Below are positions 1 through 8,647 of a stretch of DNA of 64,000 nucleotides, one piece after another. Location: assembly GCA_964500895.1 (NCBI GenBank), contig CAZCQP010000006.1, forward strand, positions 9,211 through 73,210, read 5' to 3'. The notes beneath the pieces were generated by a model. That model was not told where the DNA came from, did no database searches, and saw nothing but the letters and a program-made list of their open reading frames with translations. Position numbers and translations under genes: made by a program. The first letter of the stretch is position 1. Each line of letters begins with the position of its first letter. This stretch comes from an uncultured Eubacteriales bacterium. GTDB taxonomy: Bacteria > Bacillota > Clostridia > Lachnospirales > JAISER01.

Positions 1-13
1 AGGTTGAAAACCC

Positions 14-42
14 TTGACAATGGGTATATTTTGTTAGACAAT
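14..42 (+). promoter_or_regulatory. putative sigma-A promoter of smpB
   Basis: TTGACA (14-19), 17-nt spacer, GACAAT (37-42), about 38 nt upstream of the smpB ATG. The -10 is weak. Confidence 0.35.
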
Positions 43-79
43 ATGCCCAAGGTAGGATAAGCGGGAAGAGGTGACAGTC

Positions 80-556
80 ATGGCCAAACAGCAGGGCGAA
101 AAGCTGATTGCGGGCAACAAAAAGGCGTACCATGATTATTTTATAGAAGAAACCTTTCAGGCGGGCATTGCACTGGCCGGCACAGAGGTGAAAAGCCTGC
201 GGGCGGGCAAGTGCAATTTAAAGGACAGCTATGTGAAAATAGAGGATGGGGAAGCCTTTGTGTACAACATGCACATCAGCCCTTATGAACAAGGCAATGT
301 GTTTAACAAAGACCCTATGCGCAAACGGCGGCTTCTGTTGCACAAGGTGGAAATACGGAAGCTGGCGGGGGCCATTGCCCGGGACGGCATGACGGTAGTG
401 CCCCTTAGAATTTATTTAAGCCGCAGCTATGTGAAGCTAGACATTGGCTTGGCCAAAGGTAAAAAGCTTTATGACAAGCGGGACACCATCGCCAAAAAAG
501 ACCAGGCCAGGGAAGCGGCCCGGGAAGGCGTTATGCGCAGCAAAGGCAGTTTTTAA
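80..556 (+). CDS. smpB: SsrA-binding protein SmpB
   Basis: ORF 71..556. [19 protein letters not shown] and KRRLLLHK are SmpB signatures. The ATG at 80 follows a GAAGAGG SD. Confidence 0.93.
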   Translation: MAKQQGEKLIAGNKKAYHDYFIEETFQAGIALAGTEVKSLRAGKCNLKDSYVKIEDGEAFVYNMHISPYEQGNVFNKDPMRKRRLLLHKVEIRKLAGAIARDGMTVVPLRIYLSRSYVKLDIGLAKGKKLYDKRDTIAKKDQAREAAREGVMRSKGSF

Positions 557-564
557 CATGCAAT

Positions 565-596
565 AAAAAATTTCCAGATTACCTGGGAATTTTTTT
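565..596 (+). terminator. intrinsic terminator after smpB
   Basis: An A-run, the stem TTTCCAG/CTGGGAA with loop ATTAC, then TTTTTTT. Confidence 0.65.
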
Positions 597-609
597 ACCT
601 ATTATCATA

Positions 610-638
610 TTGACACTTATAATAAATACACTTATAAT
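610..638 (+). promoter_or_regulatory. consensus sigma-A promoter of the SRPBCC-MarR operon, with an embedded 12-nt direct repeat
   Basis: TTGACA (610-615), exactly 17 nt, TATAAT (633-638). ACACTTATAATA occurs twice (613-624 and 628-639). Confidence 0.7.
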
Positions 639-671
639 AGACTTGTAAATTAAACCGATTATAGGGAGGCA

Positions 672-1091
672 ATGATGATGGAGTTTAGCTTTAAAACAAA
701 GGTTCACGCAACAAAAGAAAAGGTGTGGGGGTTCTATGCCGACGTACAAAAGTGGTATATTTGGGAGCAGAGTTTGAAAAGCATTACTTTGGATGGGGGT
801 TTTCAAGAAGGCTCTGCCGGCACCATGGTATTTGAAGGTATGCCGCCTATTGATTATGTGTTAACATGTGTGAGTGAAAATAAAGAATTTTGGGATAAGT
901 CTGTGCTGCCTTTCGGCACCCTGCATTTTGGTCACGAAATTACTGAAGAAGACCATGGTTATGTATCCATTCAACATACAGTACGGTTAGAAAGTGACAG
1001 CATAACCGAAGATAAAGTTGCATTTTTAAAGCAAGTGTTTGCAGATGTGCCGGATGCGGTTTTACTTATTAAAAAAACGGTTGAAGCGTAA
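672..1091 (+). CDS. SRPBCC (START/polyketide-cyclase-like) family protein
   Basis: 139-aa ORF preceded by a GGGAGG SD. The size and the KEKVWGFYADVQKW N-terminus are typical of the family. Three consecutive ATGs (672/675/678) leave the start ambiguous. Confidence 0.6.
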   Translation: MMMEFSFKTKVHATKEKVWGFYADVQKWYIWEQSLKSITLDGGFQEGSAGTMVFEGMPPIDYVLTCVSENKEFWDKSVLPFGTLHFGHEITEEDHGYVSIQHTVRLESDSITEDKVAFLKQVFADVPDAVLLIKKTVEA

Positions 1092-1549
1092 TGGAATTTA
1101 AATCTAAAAATAAAGACAATTCGGAAAATGCAGTTGGTTTATTGTTTATGCGCACCTATAACAAGTGGCATTCGGAAATTAAAAGGCAGCTAAAAACGCT
1201 GGACATCACCCACCCCCAGTTTGTGGTTTTAACCACCCTGGGCTACTTGTCTTTGCAAGAAGCAGAAGTAACCCAGGTGATGATTGCCAAACTGGCGGGG
1301 ATGGACGTGATGTCTGTGTCCCAAATTATCGGCGTGCTGGAAAAGCACGCACTGGTGGTGCGCAGGGAGCATTCCAGAGACACACGGGCGAAGGCGGTGT
1401 CTTTAACCCCTTTGGGAAGGGAAAAAATGAACGCCGCTCTGCCCATTGTTGAAAATATTGATATTGAGTTTTTTGGGTCCTTGCAAAGCCAAGAAGTGGA
1501 GCTTATGCAGCTTTTGCAAGCGCTGAATCAGTATCAGTTTAAGCCGTAG
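1091..1549 (+). CDS. MarR family transcriptional regulator
   Basis: 152 aa. Winged-HTH pattern (ITHPQFVVLTTL ... DTRAKAVSLTPLGRE). Start overlaps the stop of the upstream ORF. Confidence 0.85.
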   Translation: MEFKSKNKDNSENAVGLLFMRTYNKWHSEIKRQLKTLDITHPQFVVLTTLGYLSLQEAEVTQVMIAKLAGMDVMSVSQIIGVLEKHALVVRREHSRDTRAKAVSLTPLGREKMNAALPIVENIDIEFFGSLQSQEVELMQLLQALNQYQFKP

Positions 1550-3004
1550 CTATGACCGGTTCATATGGTACGTTCTAAAAAAAACGGTACGGTGGCGGCA
1601 CAAGTCTTTCACCAGAGAGGCATGGGCGTCTGTCAGCAGGCAGATGCCCCCATCGTTTTGAATCACCCCAACCCCGTGAATGAGCCGGTGCTTTTCATAG
1701 CTTTCCAAAGGTGCTGTTAAGCCAAAGGCTTTGTGGTGCTCTGCGTAAATTTGCCGAAATAGTCCAATGGGTACATGCCGGGTTAAAAAGGTTTGGTCAA
1801 TTTTTAGGAAACCTTCGGGGGGATATTTGTTTTCCAGCAACCCGCTTTGGGCCATGCCCTCCAGCAACTGGCTGTTGTTTAGCCCGGACAAAATGATGTT
1901 GTGTCGCTCGGCAGGTTCCAGTATTTCTGGGGTAATATAATGGTTCAGCATGTCAATCATGGTGGCAATAAGGGGCGGGCAATGGGTGGTGTGCACATCC
2001 AGCCGCTTGATGGCATCCATGAAAAAACGGTCTGTAAAGTTGAAATAATCGTCCGTTTCATCTTGCCGGGTTATCCAGGTGCGCAATGTGTCTTTATCCG
2101 GGAAGCCCCCTTCGCTGGTGGCCAGCAGCCAATCAATGATTTTTTCCGCCATGTAGGTGATGATGGACACGTGCTTGTGGTAAAACACCTGGGAATAAGC
2201 AAAGTAGCGGTTAATGAGAAACTGGTCCGCCGACATAATGCCTTTGGAGTTCACCCCAATCACATCCACCCCAAATTCCGTGTGGTGGGCCATGTCCAGG
2301 TTTTTGATGAGGGTGTTGATTTCAAAAGCACCGTAGGCCGTGCCGGAAGAAAAAGTGTCCCGCAGCAGGTAGTCTATGCGGTCGGCATCCAGTTCTGCAT
2401 GAAGAATTTGCACAAACTTCACCAGCCGCTGGTTTTGTATATCCCCGGTGATGATGGCGCATACATCCTCTACGTTAAAGCCGTATTGGTGGAAAATGTC
2501 CAAAATGGGCCGGCTATTGCGAATCACCTGCTCCCCAATGGCTTCGTGATGGAAAGGGTTGGGGCTTTTCTCCATCAGCGTGTGGGTGAGAATGTCCCTC
2601 TCTTCGTCATGTTGGTGGGAAAGGGTTTGGGCAAAAGCTGTTACGGTTTCCTTAAGACTATGCTGCAAAACAGCAGCATCTTTTTTGTATGCCCGCTCCC
2701 CCACATGGGACAAAGGATAGTGGCCAATGTCGTGCAACATTCCCGCCAGCCGGATAAGCTGCCGTTCGTAGGCAGTAAAGTGCAGCTTAGAGGCCATCTG
2801 GTCTGCAATGTGCATCACACCTAGGCTGTGGGAATAGCGGGTGTGTTCCGCCCCGGGGAAAATCCAGTTGGTAAGCCCTAACTGCTTAATGCCACGCAGC
2901 CGCCGAAACACGGGCAGTTTTTCAATTTTGCACTCCATTTCGGTTAAGGCGATGTAACCGTGAATGTTGTCTAAGATATAGTCTTCAAATAAAAGCTGGG
3001 TCAT
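1550..3004 (-). CDS. HD-domain phosphohydrolase (COG1078, dNTP triphosphohydrolase-like)
   Basis: HTRYSHSLGV, LHDIGHYPLSH and DADRIDYLLRD motifs. Start placed at the MTQLLFEDY ATG (3002-3004) rather than the ORF-track start at 3109. Confidence 0.8.
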   Translation of the reverse strand: MTQLLFEDYILDNIHGYIALTEMECKIEKLPVFRRLRGIKQLGLTNWIFPGAEHTRYSHSLGVMHIADQMASKLHFTAYERQLIRLAGMLHDIGHYPLSHVGERAYKKDAAVLQHSLKETVTAFAQTLSHQHDEERDILTHTLMEKSPNPFHHEAIGEQVIRNSRPILDIFHQYGFNVEDVCAIITGDIQNQRLVKFVQILHAELDADRIDYLLRDTFSSGTAYGAFEINTLIKNLDMAHHTEFGVDVIGVNSKGIMSADQFLINRYFAYSQVFYHKHVSIITYMAEKIIDWLLATSEGGFPDKDTLRTWITRQDETDDYFNFTDRFFMDAIKRLDVHTTHCPPLIATMIDMLNHYITPEILEPAERHNIILSGLNNSQLLEGMAQSGLLENKYPPEGFLKIDQTFLTRHVPIGLFRQIYAEHHKAFGLTAPLESYEKHRLIHGVGVIQNDGGICLLTDAHASLVKDLCRHRTVFFRTYHMNRS

Positions 3005-3161
3005 GGGCGCACCCCTATTAAAAATATAAAAATCATTTACATGGGCGTATGAATATGTTATGCTATGGGTAGATTTAAAAGAGGGAGTGCTGTCACACTC
3101 CCCCAGCACAGCCGCTTCAAAGGCGGCAGGCTTTGCAGTTTTATTTTACGGAAATAACCGC

Positions 3162-3202
3162 AAAAATAACCGCTGTCCTGGCATTGGGGCGGTTATTTTT
3201 TT
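3162..3202. terminator. bidirectional hairpin terminator overlapping the 3' end of the small toxin ORF
   Basis: Stem ATAACCGC (3166-3173) / GCGGTTAT (3189-3196), flanked by an A-run on one side and a T-run on the other. Confidence 0.5.
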
Positions 3203-3270
3203 GTTTTGAAAATCGTAACAATGAGCATTGCAAAGCTAATCATTAAAGATATGGCTTCATATACGCTCAT
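3193..3270 (-). CDS. 25-aa putative holin-like toxin (Hol_Tox-type small hydrophobic peptide)
   Basis: MSVYEAISLMISFAMLIVTIFKTKK with an AAGGAG SD 7 nt upstream of the ATG at 3270. The ORF track shows it only as the tail of a 67-aa ORF. Confidence 0.6.
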   Translation of the reverse strand: MSVYEAISLMISFAMLIVTIFKTKK

Positions 3271-3442
3271 GGCCTCAACTCCTTTCGGAGCAAAGCCCAC
3301 CGCCCTTATGCGCTTTGTGCCAACCCCATGATAACACACTGCCATACATATGCAAAGAAAATTTACAGTTGACAGAACGGTTTTTTTCATATACACTCAT
3401 ACAAGTGTAAAGTGTTTTTACTTTACGGCAAGGAGGCCCGCA

Positions 3443-3781
3443 ATGGAAGACTTTGTATACACCACCTTGCTGCTGGATTTTTACGGTGAACTGCTTACCG
3501 ATAAGCAAAAAACATTCATGGGCCTGTATTACTTTGAAAACTGGTCGTTGCAGGAAATTGCGGAAGACCACGCCATCACCCCCCAAGGGGTGCGGGATTT
3601 GCTCATGCGCACAGTGAAGCTTTTAAAACGGTATGAAAAAGCGTTGGGGCTTATTGCCCGGCAAGAAGCGCAAAAATCCCGGTTAGCGCAAATGACCCAG
3701 TACATTGGGGACATGCACGCCCCAGAAGAAGAAAAACAAACGTTGTTACAATGGATTGCAAACATAGAAAACGACATTTAA
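3443..3781 (+). CDS. ylxM: YlxM / p13-like putative DNA-binding protein (UPF0122)
   Basis: LLDFYGELLTDKQK ... YYFENWSLQEIAE lies immediately upstream of ffh. AAGGAGG SD before the ATG at 3443. Confidence 0.88.
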   Translation: MEDFVYTTLLLDFYGELLTDKQKTFMGLYYFENWSLQEIAEDHAITPQGVRDLLMRTVKLLKRYEKALGLIARQEAQKSRLAQMTQYIGDMHAPEEEKQTLLQWIANIENDI

Positions 3782-3801
3782 GCAGTGAGGAGTGAGTAGC
3801 C

Positions 3802-5139
3802 ATGGCTTTTGAAAACTTGTCCGACAAGCTGCAAGCCATTTTTAAAAATTTAAAAAGTAAAGGCTTGCTCACAGAAAAAGATGTAAAAGAAGCACTGCGG
3901 CAGGTGAAACTGGCCCTTTTGGAAGCGGACGTGAACTTCCGGGTGGTCAAAACCTTCATCAATGCTGTGTCTGAAAAAGCGGTGGGCAAAGATGTGCTGG
4001 AAGGCTTAAACCCCGGCCAGCAAGTGATTAAAATTGTTCACGACGAACTGGTGGCCATGATGGGCTCTGCCCAAAGCAAGCTCACCTTTTCATCCACCCC
4101 CCCCACGGTGTTTATGCTTACCGGGTTGCAAGGGGCCGGAAAGACCACGTCTTGCGGCAAGCTGGCGGGCTCTTTGAAAAAACAAGGCAAAAACCCGCTG
4201 CTGGTAGCCTGTGACGTGTACCGCCCTGCTGCCATTAAGCAGCTGGAAGTGGTGGCCAAAAACTTCAACATTCCCGTATTTACCATAGAAAATTCCAAAG
4301 ACCCGGTGGCCATTGCCAAAGCCGCCGTGGACCATGCCCGAGGCGTTCACGATGTGGTGTTGATTGACACTGCCGGGCGGTTGCACATTGACGAAACCAT
4401 GATGGAAGAGCTGGTGGCCATTAAAGCCGCCGTGCGTCCCCAGGAAATTTTGTTGGTGATTGATGCCATGACCGGCCAAGACGCTGTGAACGTGGCGGAA
4501 AGCTTCAACAGCCAGCTGGGGCTGGATGGCATCATCATGACCAAGCTGGACGGGGATACCCGGGGTGGCGCAGCCCTTTCTGTCCGTTCCGTTACCGGCA
4601 AGCCCATCAAACTGGTGGGCATGGGGGAAAAACTGACGGACTTGGAGCCCTTTTACCCAGACCGTATGGCCTCCCGCATTTTGGGGATGGGTGATGTGCT
4701 TTCGCTCATCGACAAAGCCCAGGCGGCCTTTGATGAAAAGGAAGCCAAGGACTTAGAGCAAAAAATGCGCACCAACAGCTTTACTCTGCAAGATTTCTTG
4801 GTGCAAATGCAGCAGATTAAGAAAATGGGTTCTATAAAAAGCGTGTTAAGCATGGTGCCCGGGTTGAACCAGGCCGCCATTGACGATTCCATGATAGACG
4901 AAAAAGCACTGGTACATGTGGAAGCCATTATCCAGTCTATGACCCCCAAGGAACGGGAAAACCCAGACATTTTAAATGGCTCTCGTAAAAAGCGCATTGC
5001 CCAGGGCAGCGGCAGAAGCATTCAGGAAGTGAACCGGCTACTGAAACAATTTGAAGACATGCGCAAAATGATGAAACAGTTTTCAGACATGACCAAAGGC
5101 AAAAAAGGAAAACGGTTACCCTTTAACCTGCCCTTTTAA
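3802..5139 (+). CDS. ffh: signal recognition particle protein Ffh
   Basis: GLQGAGKTTSCGKLA, DTAGRL and TKLDGDTRGGAALS motifs, with a Met-rich C-terminal M domain. Confidence 0.97.
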   Translation: MAFENLSDKLQAIFKNLKSKGLLTEKDVKEALRQVKLALLEADVNFRVVKTFINAVSEKAVGKDVLEGLNPGQQVIKIVHDELVAMMGSAQSKLTFSSTPPTVFMLTGLQGAGKTTSCGKLAGSLKKQGKNPLLVACDVYRPAAIKQLEVVAKNFNIPVFTIENSKDPVAIAKAAVDHARGVHDVVLIDTAGRLHIDETMMEELVAIKAAVRPQEILLVIDAMTGQDAVNVAESFNSQLGLDGIIMTKLDGDTRGGAALSVRSVTGKPIKLVGMGEKLTDLEPFYPDRMASRILGMGDVLSLIDKAQAAFDEKEAKDLEQKMRTNSFTLQDFLVQMQQIKKMGSIKSVLSMVPGLNQAAIDDSMIDEKALVHVEAIIQSMTPKERENPDILNGSRKKRIAQGSGRSIQEVNRLLKQFEDMRKMMKQFSDMTKGKKGKRLPFNLPF

Positions 5140-5181
5140 GTGTATTGCATAAAAACGAAACCCTTTAAAGGAGGTGAAAAC

Positions 5182-5427
5182 ATGGTAAAGATCAGACTGA
5201 AAAGAATGGGTGCAAAAAAATCCCCGTTTTATAGAATTGTGGTTGCAGACAGCAGAACCCCAAGAGATGGCAAAGCCATTGAGGAACTGGGCTACTACGA
5301 CCCCACCAAAAACCCTGCTGTGTTGAAGGTTGACGTGGAAGCCGCTCAAAAGTGGCTGAAAAACGGCGCGAAACCTTCCGAAACAGTGAGAGCGCTGTTG
5401 AAAAAGGCCGGTACATTTGAAGCATAA
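5182..5427 (+). CDS. rpsP: 30S ribosomal protein S16
   Basis: [34 protein letters not shown] before the ATG at 5182. Confidence 0.96.
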   Translation: MVKIRLKRMGAKKSPFYRIVVADSRTPRDGKAIEELGYYDPTKNPAVLKVDVEAAQKWLKNGAKPSETVRALLKKAGTFEA

Positions 5428-5465
5428 CAACAGACATCTTTCCGTTTTCTAAGGAGGAATATGTC

Positions 5466-5693
5466 ATGAAGGAATTGCTGGAGCTTTTAGCCAAAAATTT
5501 GGTAGAACACCCGGAAGCTGTATCGGTAACCGAGGTGAAAAAGGCCGAAACCCTGGTGCTGGAGCTGCGTGTAGCCCCAGACGACATGGGCAAGGTCATT
5601 GGCAAGCATGGCCGCATTGCAAAAGCCATTCGCAATGTGATGAAGGCCGCTGCCATTCATGAAAACAAGCGTGTGCTTGTGGAAATTGTTTAG
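5466..5693 (+). CDS. khpA: KH-domain RNA-binding protein (YlqC/KhpA family)
   Basis: 75 aa with the GKVIGKHGRIAKAIR KH motif. Sits in the conserved position between rpsP and rimM. Confidence 0.85.
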   Translation: MKELLELLAKNLVEHPEAVSVTEVKKAETLVLELRVAPDDMGKVIGKHGRIAKAIRNVMKAAAIHENKRVLVEIV

Positions 5694-5806
5694 GCAATAA
5701 AAAGGTTGTGTCAAGGCATGTAAGCCCGGGAAAACTTTCCGGCGGTGTTTTGATACAGCCTCTTTTCACAATAAGATAAAATTAAAAGTAGGAACGGATG
5801 ACCTAA

Positions 5807-6313
5807 ATGGATACGTTTACCATTGGCACCCTGGTGAATACCCAGGGGTTGCAGGGGGAAGTACGGGTTCTGCCCGAAACCTTCGACCCAGGCCGATTTA
5901 ATTTATTAGATGAAATATTGGTGGAAACCAAAGCAGGTTTAAAGCCACTGCCCATAGAGCGGGTGCGTTTTCAAAAGCAATTTGTCATTTTGAAGTTTAA
6001 AGGGTTAGACACCATTGAAGCGGTGCAGGGCTATAAAGGCTGCGTGTTGAAAATTCCTGCGGAAAAGGCACTGCCCTTGGAAGCAGACGAATATTACTAT
6101 AAAGACTTGTTTGGCTTAACGGTGGTGACCGAAACAGGAGACGCCCTGGGCACCATCACAGACATTCTGCAAACTGGGGCCAACGATGTGTACGCCGTAA
6201 CCGGAGCAGAAGGCAAAACCATCCTCATTCCGGCCATTAAGCAATGCATTTTAAAGGTAGATGTGCCCGGCAAAACCATGACGGTTCACCTGTTGGAGGG
6301 GCTTGTGGAATGA
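5807..6313 (+). CDS. rimM: 16S rRNA processing protein RimM
   Basis: GTLVNTQGLQGEVRV N-terminus plus a PRC-barrel C-terminus. Conserved synteny with trmD. Confidence 0.92.
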   Translation: MDTFTIGTLVNTQGLQGEVRVLPETFDPGRFNLLDEILVETKAGLKPLPIERVRFQKQFVILKFKGLDTIEAVQGYKGCVLKIPAEKALPLEADEYYYKDLFGLTVVTETGDALGTITDILQTGANDVYAVTGAEGKTILIPAIKQCILKVDVPGKTMTVHLLEGLVE

Positions 6314-6987
6314 CCTTTTACTTTTTAACCCTTTTCCCCGAAATGATAGAAGCCGCCGTGGCCCACAGCATCATCCGCCGGGCCATGGACACAGGCGCCA
6401 TTGCCGTGCGGTGCATCAACATCCGGGAGTTTGCCCATAATAAGCACAAACAGGTGGACGACTACCCCTACGGTGGCGGGGCTGGTATGGTAATGCAACC
6501 CCAGCCGGTGTATGCGGCTTATTTGTATGCCCGGGAACAAGCCGGGCCAGATGCCCCCGTGGTGTACTTAACCCCCCAAGGCCAAACGTTTTCCCAACAA
6601 CAAGCCCATGGTTTGGCCAAACACGAAAGCCTTATTTTGCTGTGCGGCCATTATGAAGGCATAGACGAACGGGTGATTGAAGAAATTGCCCCCATTGAAA
6701 TTTCCATTGGGGATTACGTGCTTACCGGCGGGGAATTGCCGGCGCTGGTGCTGGCAGACTGTGTGGCCCGTCTACAGCCAAACGTTTTAGGCAGCCCGGA
6801 TTCCTTTGTGGATGAAAGCTTTGAAAATGGGCTTTTAGAGTACCCCCAATACACACGGCCCCCGGAATTTATGGGCCGGAAGGTGCCGGAGGTGTTATTG
6901 TCCGGCCACCATGCCAACATTGAAAAATGGCGCAAAGCCCAGGCCTTGGCACGCACCATGGCCAAACGGCCAGATTTGCTGCAATAA
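6310..6987 (+). CDS. trmD: tRNA (guanine37-N1)-methyltransferase TrmD
   Basis: FLTLFPEM, DDYPYGGGAGMVM and GHYEGIDERV motifs. ATGA overlap with the rimM stop. Confidence 0.95.
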   Translation: MTFYFLTLFPEMIEAAVAHSIIRRAMDTGAIAVRCINIREFAHNKHKQVDDYPYGGGAGMVMQPQPVYAAYLYAREQAGPDAPVVYLTPQGQTFSQQQAHGLAKHESLILLCGHYEGIDERVIEEIAPIEISIGDYVLTGGELPALVLADCVARLQPNVLGSPDSFVDESFENGLLEYPQYTRPPEFMGRKVPEVLLSGHHANIEKWRKAQALARTMAKRPDLLQ

Positions 6988-7002
6988 AGAGGGGGATTCT
7001 TT

Positions 7003-7539
7003 ATGTTAAAGCGGTTTTACCCAAATCTTTTTTTCCCGTCTGTGTTTGATATTCCTTATGACCAATTAATGAAAGAAAAGGGCATTCAAGCGCTGGTGTT
7101 CGACATTGACAACACACTGGTGCCCTTTGACATAGAAACCCCCACCTTGGAAATTTTGGGTTTAATGGCAGATTTAGGGGCCAAGGGCTTTAAAATAGGC
7201 CTGTTGTCCAACAACCATGAAGCCCGGGTGGCTGGGTTTAACATTCAACTCAACCTGCCCTTTGTGGCCCAGGCTAAAAAACCTACCGGCAAAGGTTTAA
7301 GAAAAGCCATGGCACTCCTTGGCTGCAATCCCACCAACACAGCCATGATTGGTGACCAGCTTTTTACGGATGTGTGGGGAGGAAACCGGCAGGGTTTGTT
7401 AACGGTGCTGGTTCACCCCGTATCAGAGCGGGATGAATGGACGGTGCGCCTGAAACGCAGCACAGAAAAGTGGGTGCTGGGGCAATATAAAAAGTATTTG
7501 GAAAAATATGGAATTGACCCTTGCATGCTGCATAATTAA
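7003..7539 (+). CDS. yqeG: YqeG-family HAD-IIIA phosphatase
   Basis: VFDIDNTLV, SNN and GDQLFTDVWGGN motifs. Confidence 0.85.
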   Translation: MLKRFYPNLFFPSVFDIPYDQLMKEKGIQALVFDIDNTLVPFDIETPTLEILGLMADLGAKGFKIGLLSNNHEARVAGFNIQLNLPFVAQAKKPTGKGLRKAMALLGCNPTNTAMIGDQLFTDVWGGNRQGLLTVLVHPVSERDEWTVRLKRSTEKWVLGQYKKYLEKYGIDPCMLHN

Positions 7540-7572
7540 GCATTATGATAAGGATAATAACATACAAAGCTT

Positions 7573-7729
7573 AGATCCTATATTCATAAACGAAACGCCG
7601 CCTTTTCGGCGGATTTTATGCCAAAATTAGCCTTGATGCACCGGCAAGAAGGCCGGACGCACCAAAGGTGCTGAGCTGGCAAAAAATTCGCTCGAAAATC
7701 CAGCATTCCTTATTATGAATACAGGCTCT
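7573..7729 (+). other. 17-nt imperfect inverted repeat enclosing about 123 nt upstream of comFB (structured leader or MITE-like relic)
   Basis: AGATCCTATATTCATAA (7573-7589) against TTATGAATACAGGCTCT (7713-7729), 15 of 17 complementary. Internal hairpins GCCGCC/GGCGG, GCACC/GGTGC and CTGG/CCAG. Confidence 0.4.
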
Positions 7730-7768
7730 GCTTGAACCCTTAAAATGATGAAAAGGAGACATGCACCC

Positions 7769-8050
7769 ATGCCGGAAATTACCAATTATATGGAGATTTG
7801 TGTGAAAGATGCGCTCATTCCTGTTCTGAATGCGGTGAACAGCTGCACCTGCGAAAAATGCCGGTTAGACATCACGGCCATTGCGCTAAACTCCCTGCCG
7901 CCCAAGTATGTGGTGACCAAAAAAGGCCAGCTGTACACCAAGCTTTCGGCTTTGCAGCAACAGTTCGATGTAGACATTATTGCGGCCATTACCAAAGCCG
8001 CTGTGTTGGTGGGCCGTTCCCCACGCCACGACGAGGGGGACGATCGGTAA
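7769..8050 (+). CDS. comFB: ComFB-family protein (late competence development protein ComFB domain)
   Basis: NYMEICVKDAL ... CTCEKCRLDITAIALNSLPPKYV is the ComFB Cys-motif pattern. The ATG at 7769 follows an AGGAGA SD; the ORF is open from 7745. Confidence 0.8.
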   Translation: MPEITNYMEICVKDALIPVLNAVNSCTCEKCRLDITAIALNSLPPKYVVTKKGQLYTKLSALQQQFDVDIIAAITKAAVLVGRSPRHDEGDDR

Positions 8051-8101
8051 TAGGCATATACGAAGGATTCAGGGGCTAAACAGCCCAGATAGGAGTATTT
8101 C

Positions 8102-8551
8102 ATGGAAAACATACAGGTACAAGTGCTGCACGGCCCAAACTTAAATTTAACGGGGCTGCGGGAAGTGGGTATTTACGGCACCGTTACCTTAGAGGACATT
8201 AACCGCCGGTTGGTGGAAGAAGGGGCCCGGCTGGGTTTTGACGTCAGCTGTTTCCAAAGCAACCACGAAGGCGGGCTGATAGACTGCATCCATAGCTGCC
8301 GGGGGAAAGCCCGGGGCATCATCATCAACCCGGGGGCATACACCCATTACAGCTATGCCCTGCGGGACGCCATCTCTGCGGTGGACATTCCGGCTGTAGA
8401 GGTGCACCTTTCCAACATACACAGCCGTGAAGCTTTTCGGCACACCTCCGTCATTGCACCGGTGTGCCTGGGGCAGATTTGCGGCTTTGGCCCCCAGGGG
8501 TACATACTGGGATTGAACGCCCTGGCCGCCCATTTGGAAGGGAAAAAGTAA
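8102..8551 (+). CDS. aroQ: type II 3-dehydroquinate dehydratase
   Basis: [29 protein letters not shown] and [11 protein letters not shown] motifs. Confidence 0.95.
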   Translation: MENIQVQVLHGPNLNLTGLREVGIYGTVTLEDINRRLVEEGARLGFDVSCFQSNHEGGLIDCIHSCRGKARGIIINPGAYTHYSYALRDAISAVDIPAVEVHLSNIHSREAFRHTSVIAPVCLGQICGFGPQGYILGLNALAAHLEGKK

Positions 8552-8604
8552 ATAGGGTATTGAATGCGAACCTTTGAAGGTATATGGAAAAAAATTCGGC
8601 ATAT

Positions 8605-8629
8605 AAACCTTTGAAGGTTTATTTTTTTA
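8605..8629 (+). terminator. intrinsic terminator after aroQ
   Basis: AAACCT TTGA AGGTTT followed by ATTTTTTTA. A near copy of the hairpin without a T-run lies at about 8566-8582. Confidence 0.55.
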
Positions 8630-8647
8630 TTTTTAAGGAGGTAAGCC

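Noticed and set aside
557-671. Expected a tmRNA (ssrA) gene next to smpB
   Set aside because: The 115-nt spacer contains only a terminator and a promoter. There is no tRNA-like acceptor/T-arm and no tag-peptide reading frame. The window start upstream of smpB is too short to judge.
1901-2824. 307-aa + strand ORF
   Set aside because: It is antisense to the HD-domain gene, whose frame carries clear HD, DxxH and DADRIDY motifs. The + frame translation has no recognisable features.
7590-7712. Possible c-di-GMP-I (GEMM-I) riboswitch upstream of comFB
   Set aside because: Fragments such as GGCAAA and GGACGCA..AAAGG are present. Their order and pairing partners do not fit the remembered GEMM-I architecture on either strand. 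It is kept only as an unclassified structured element.
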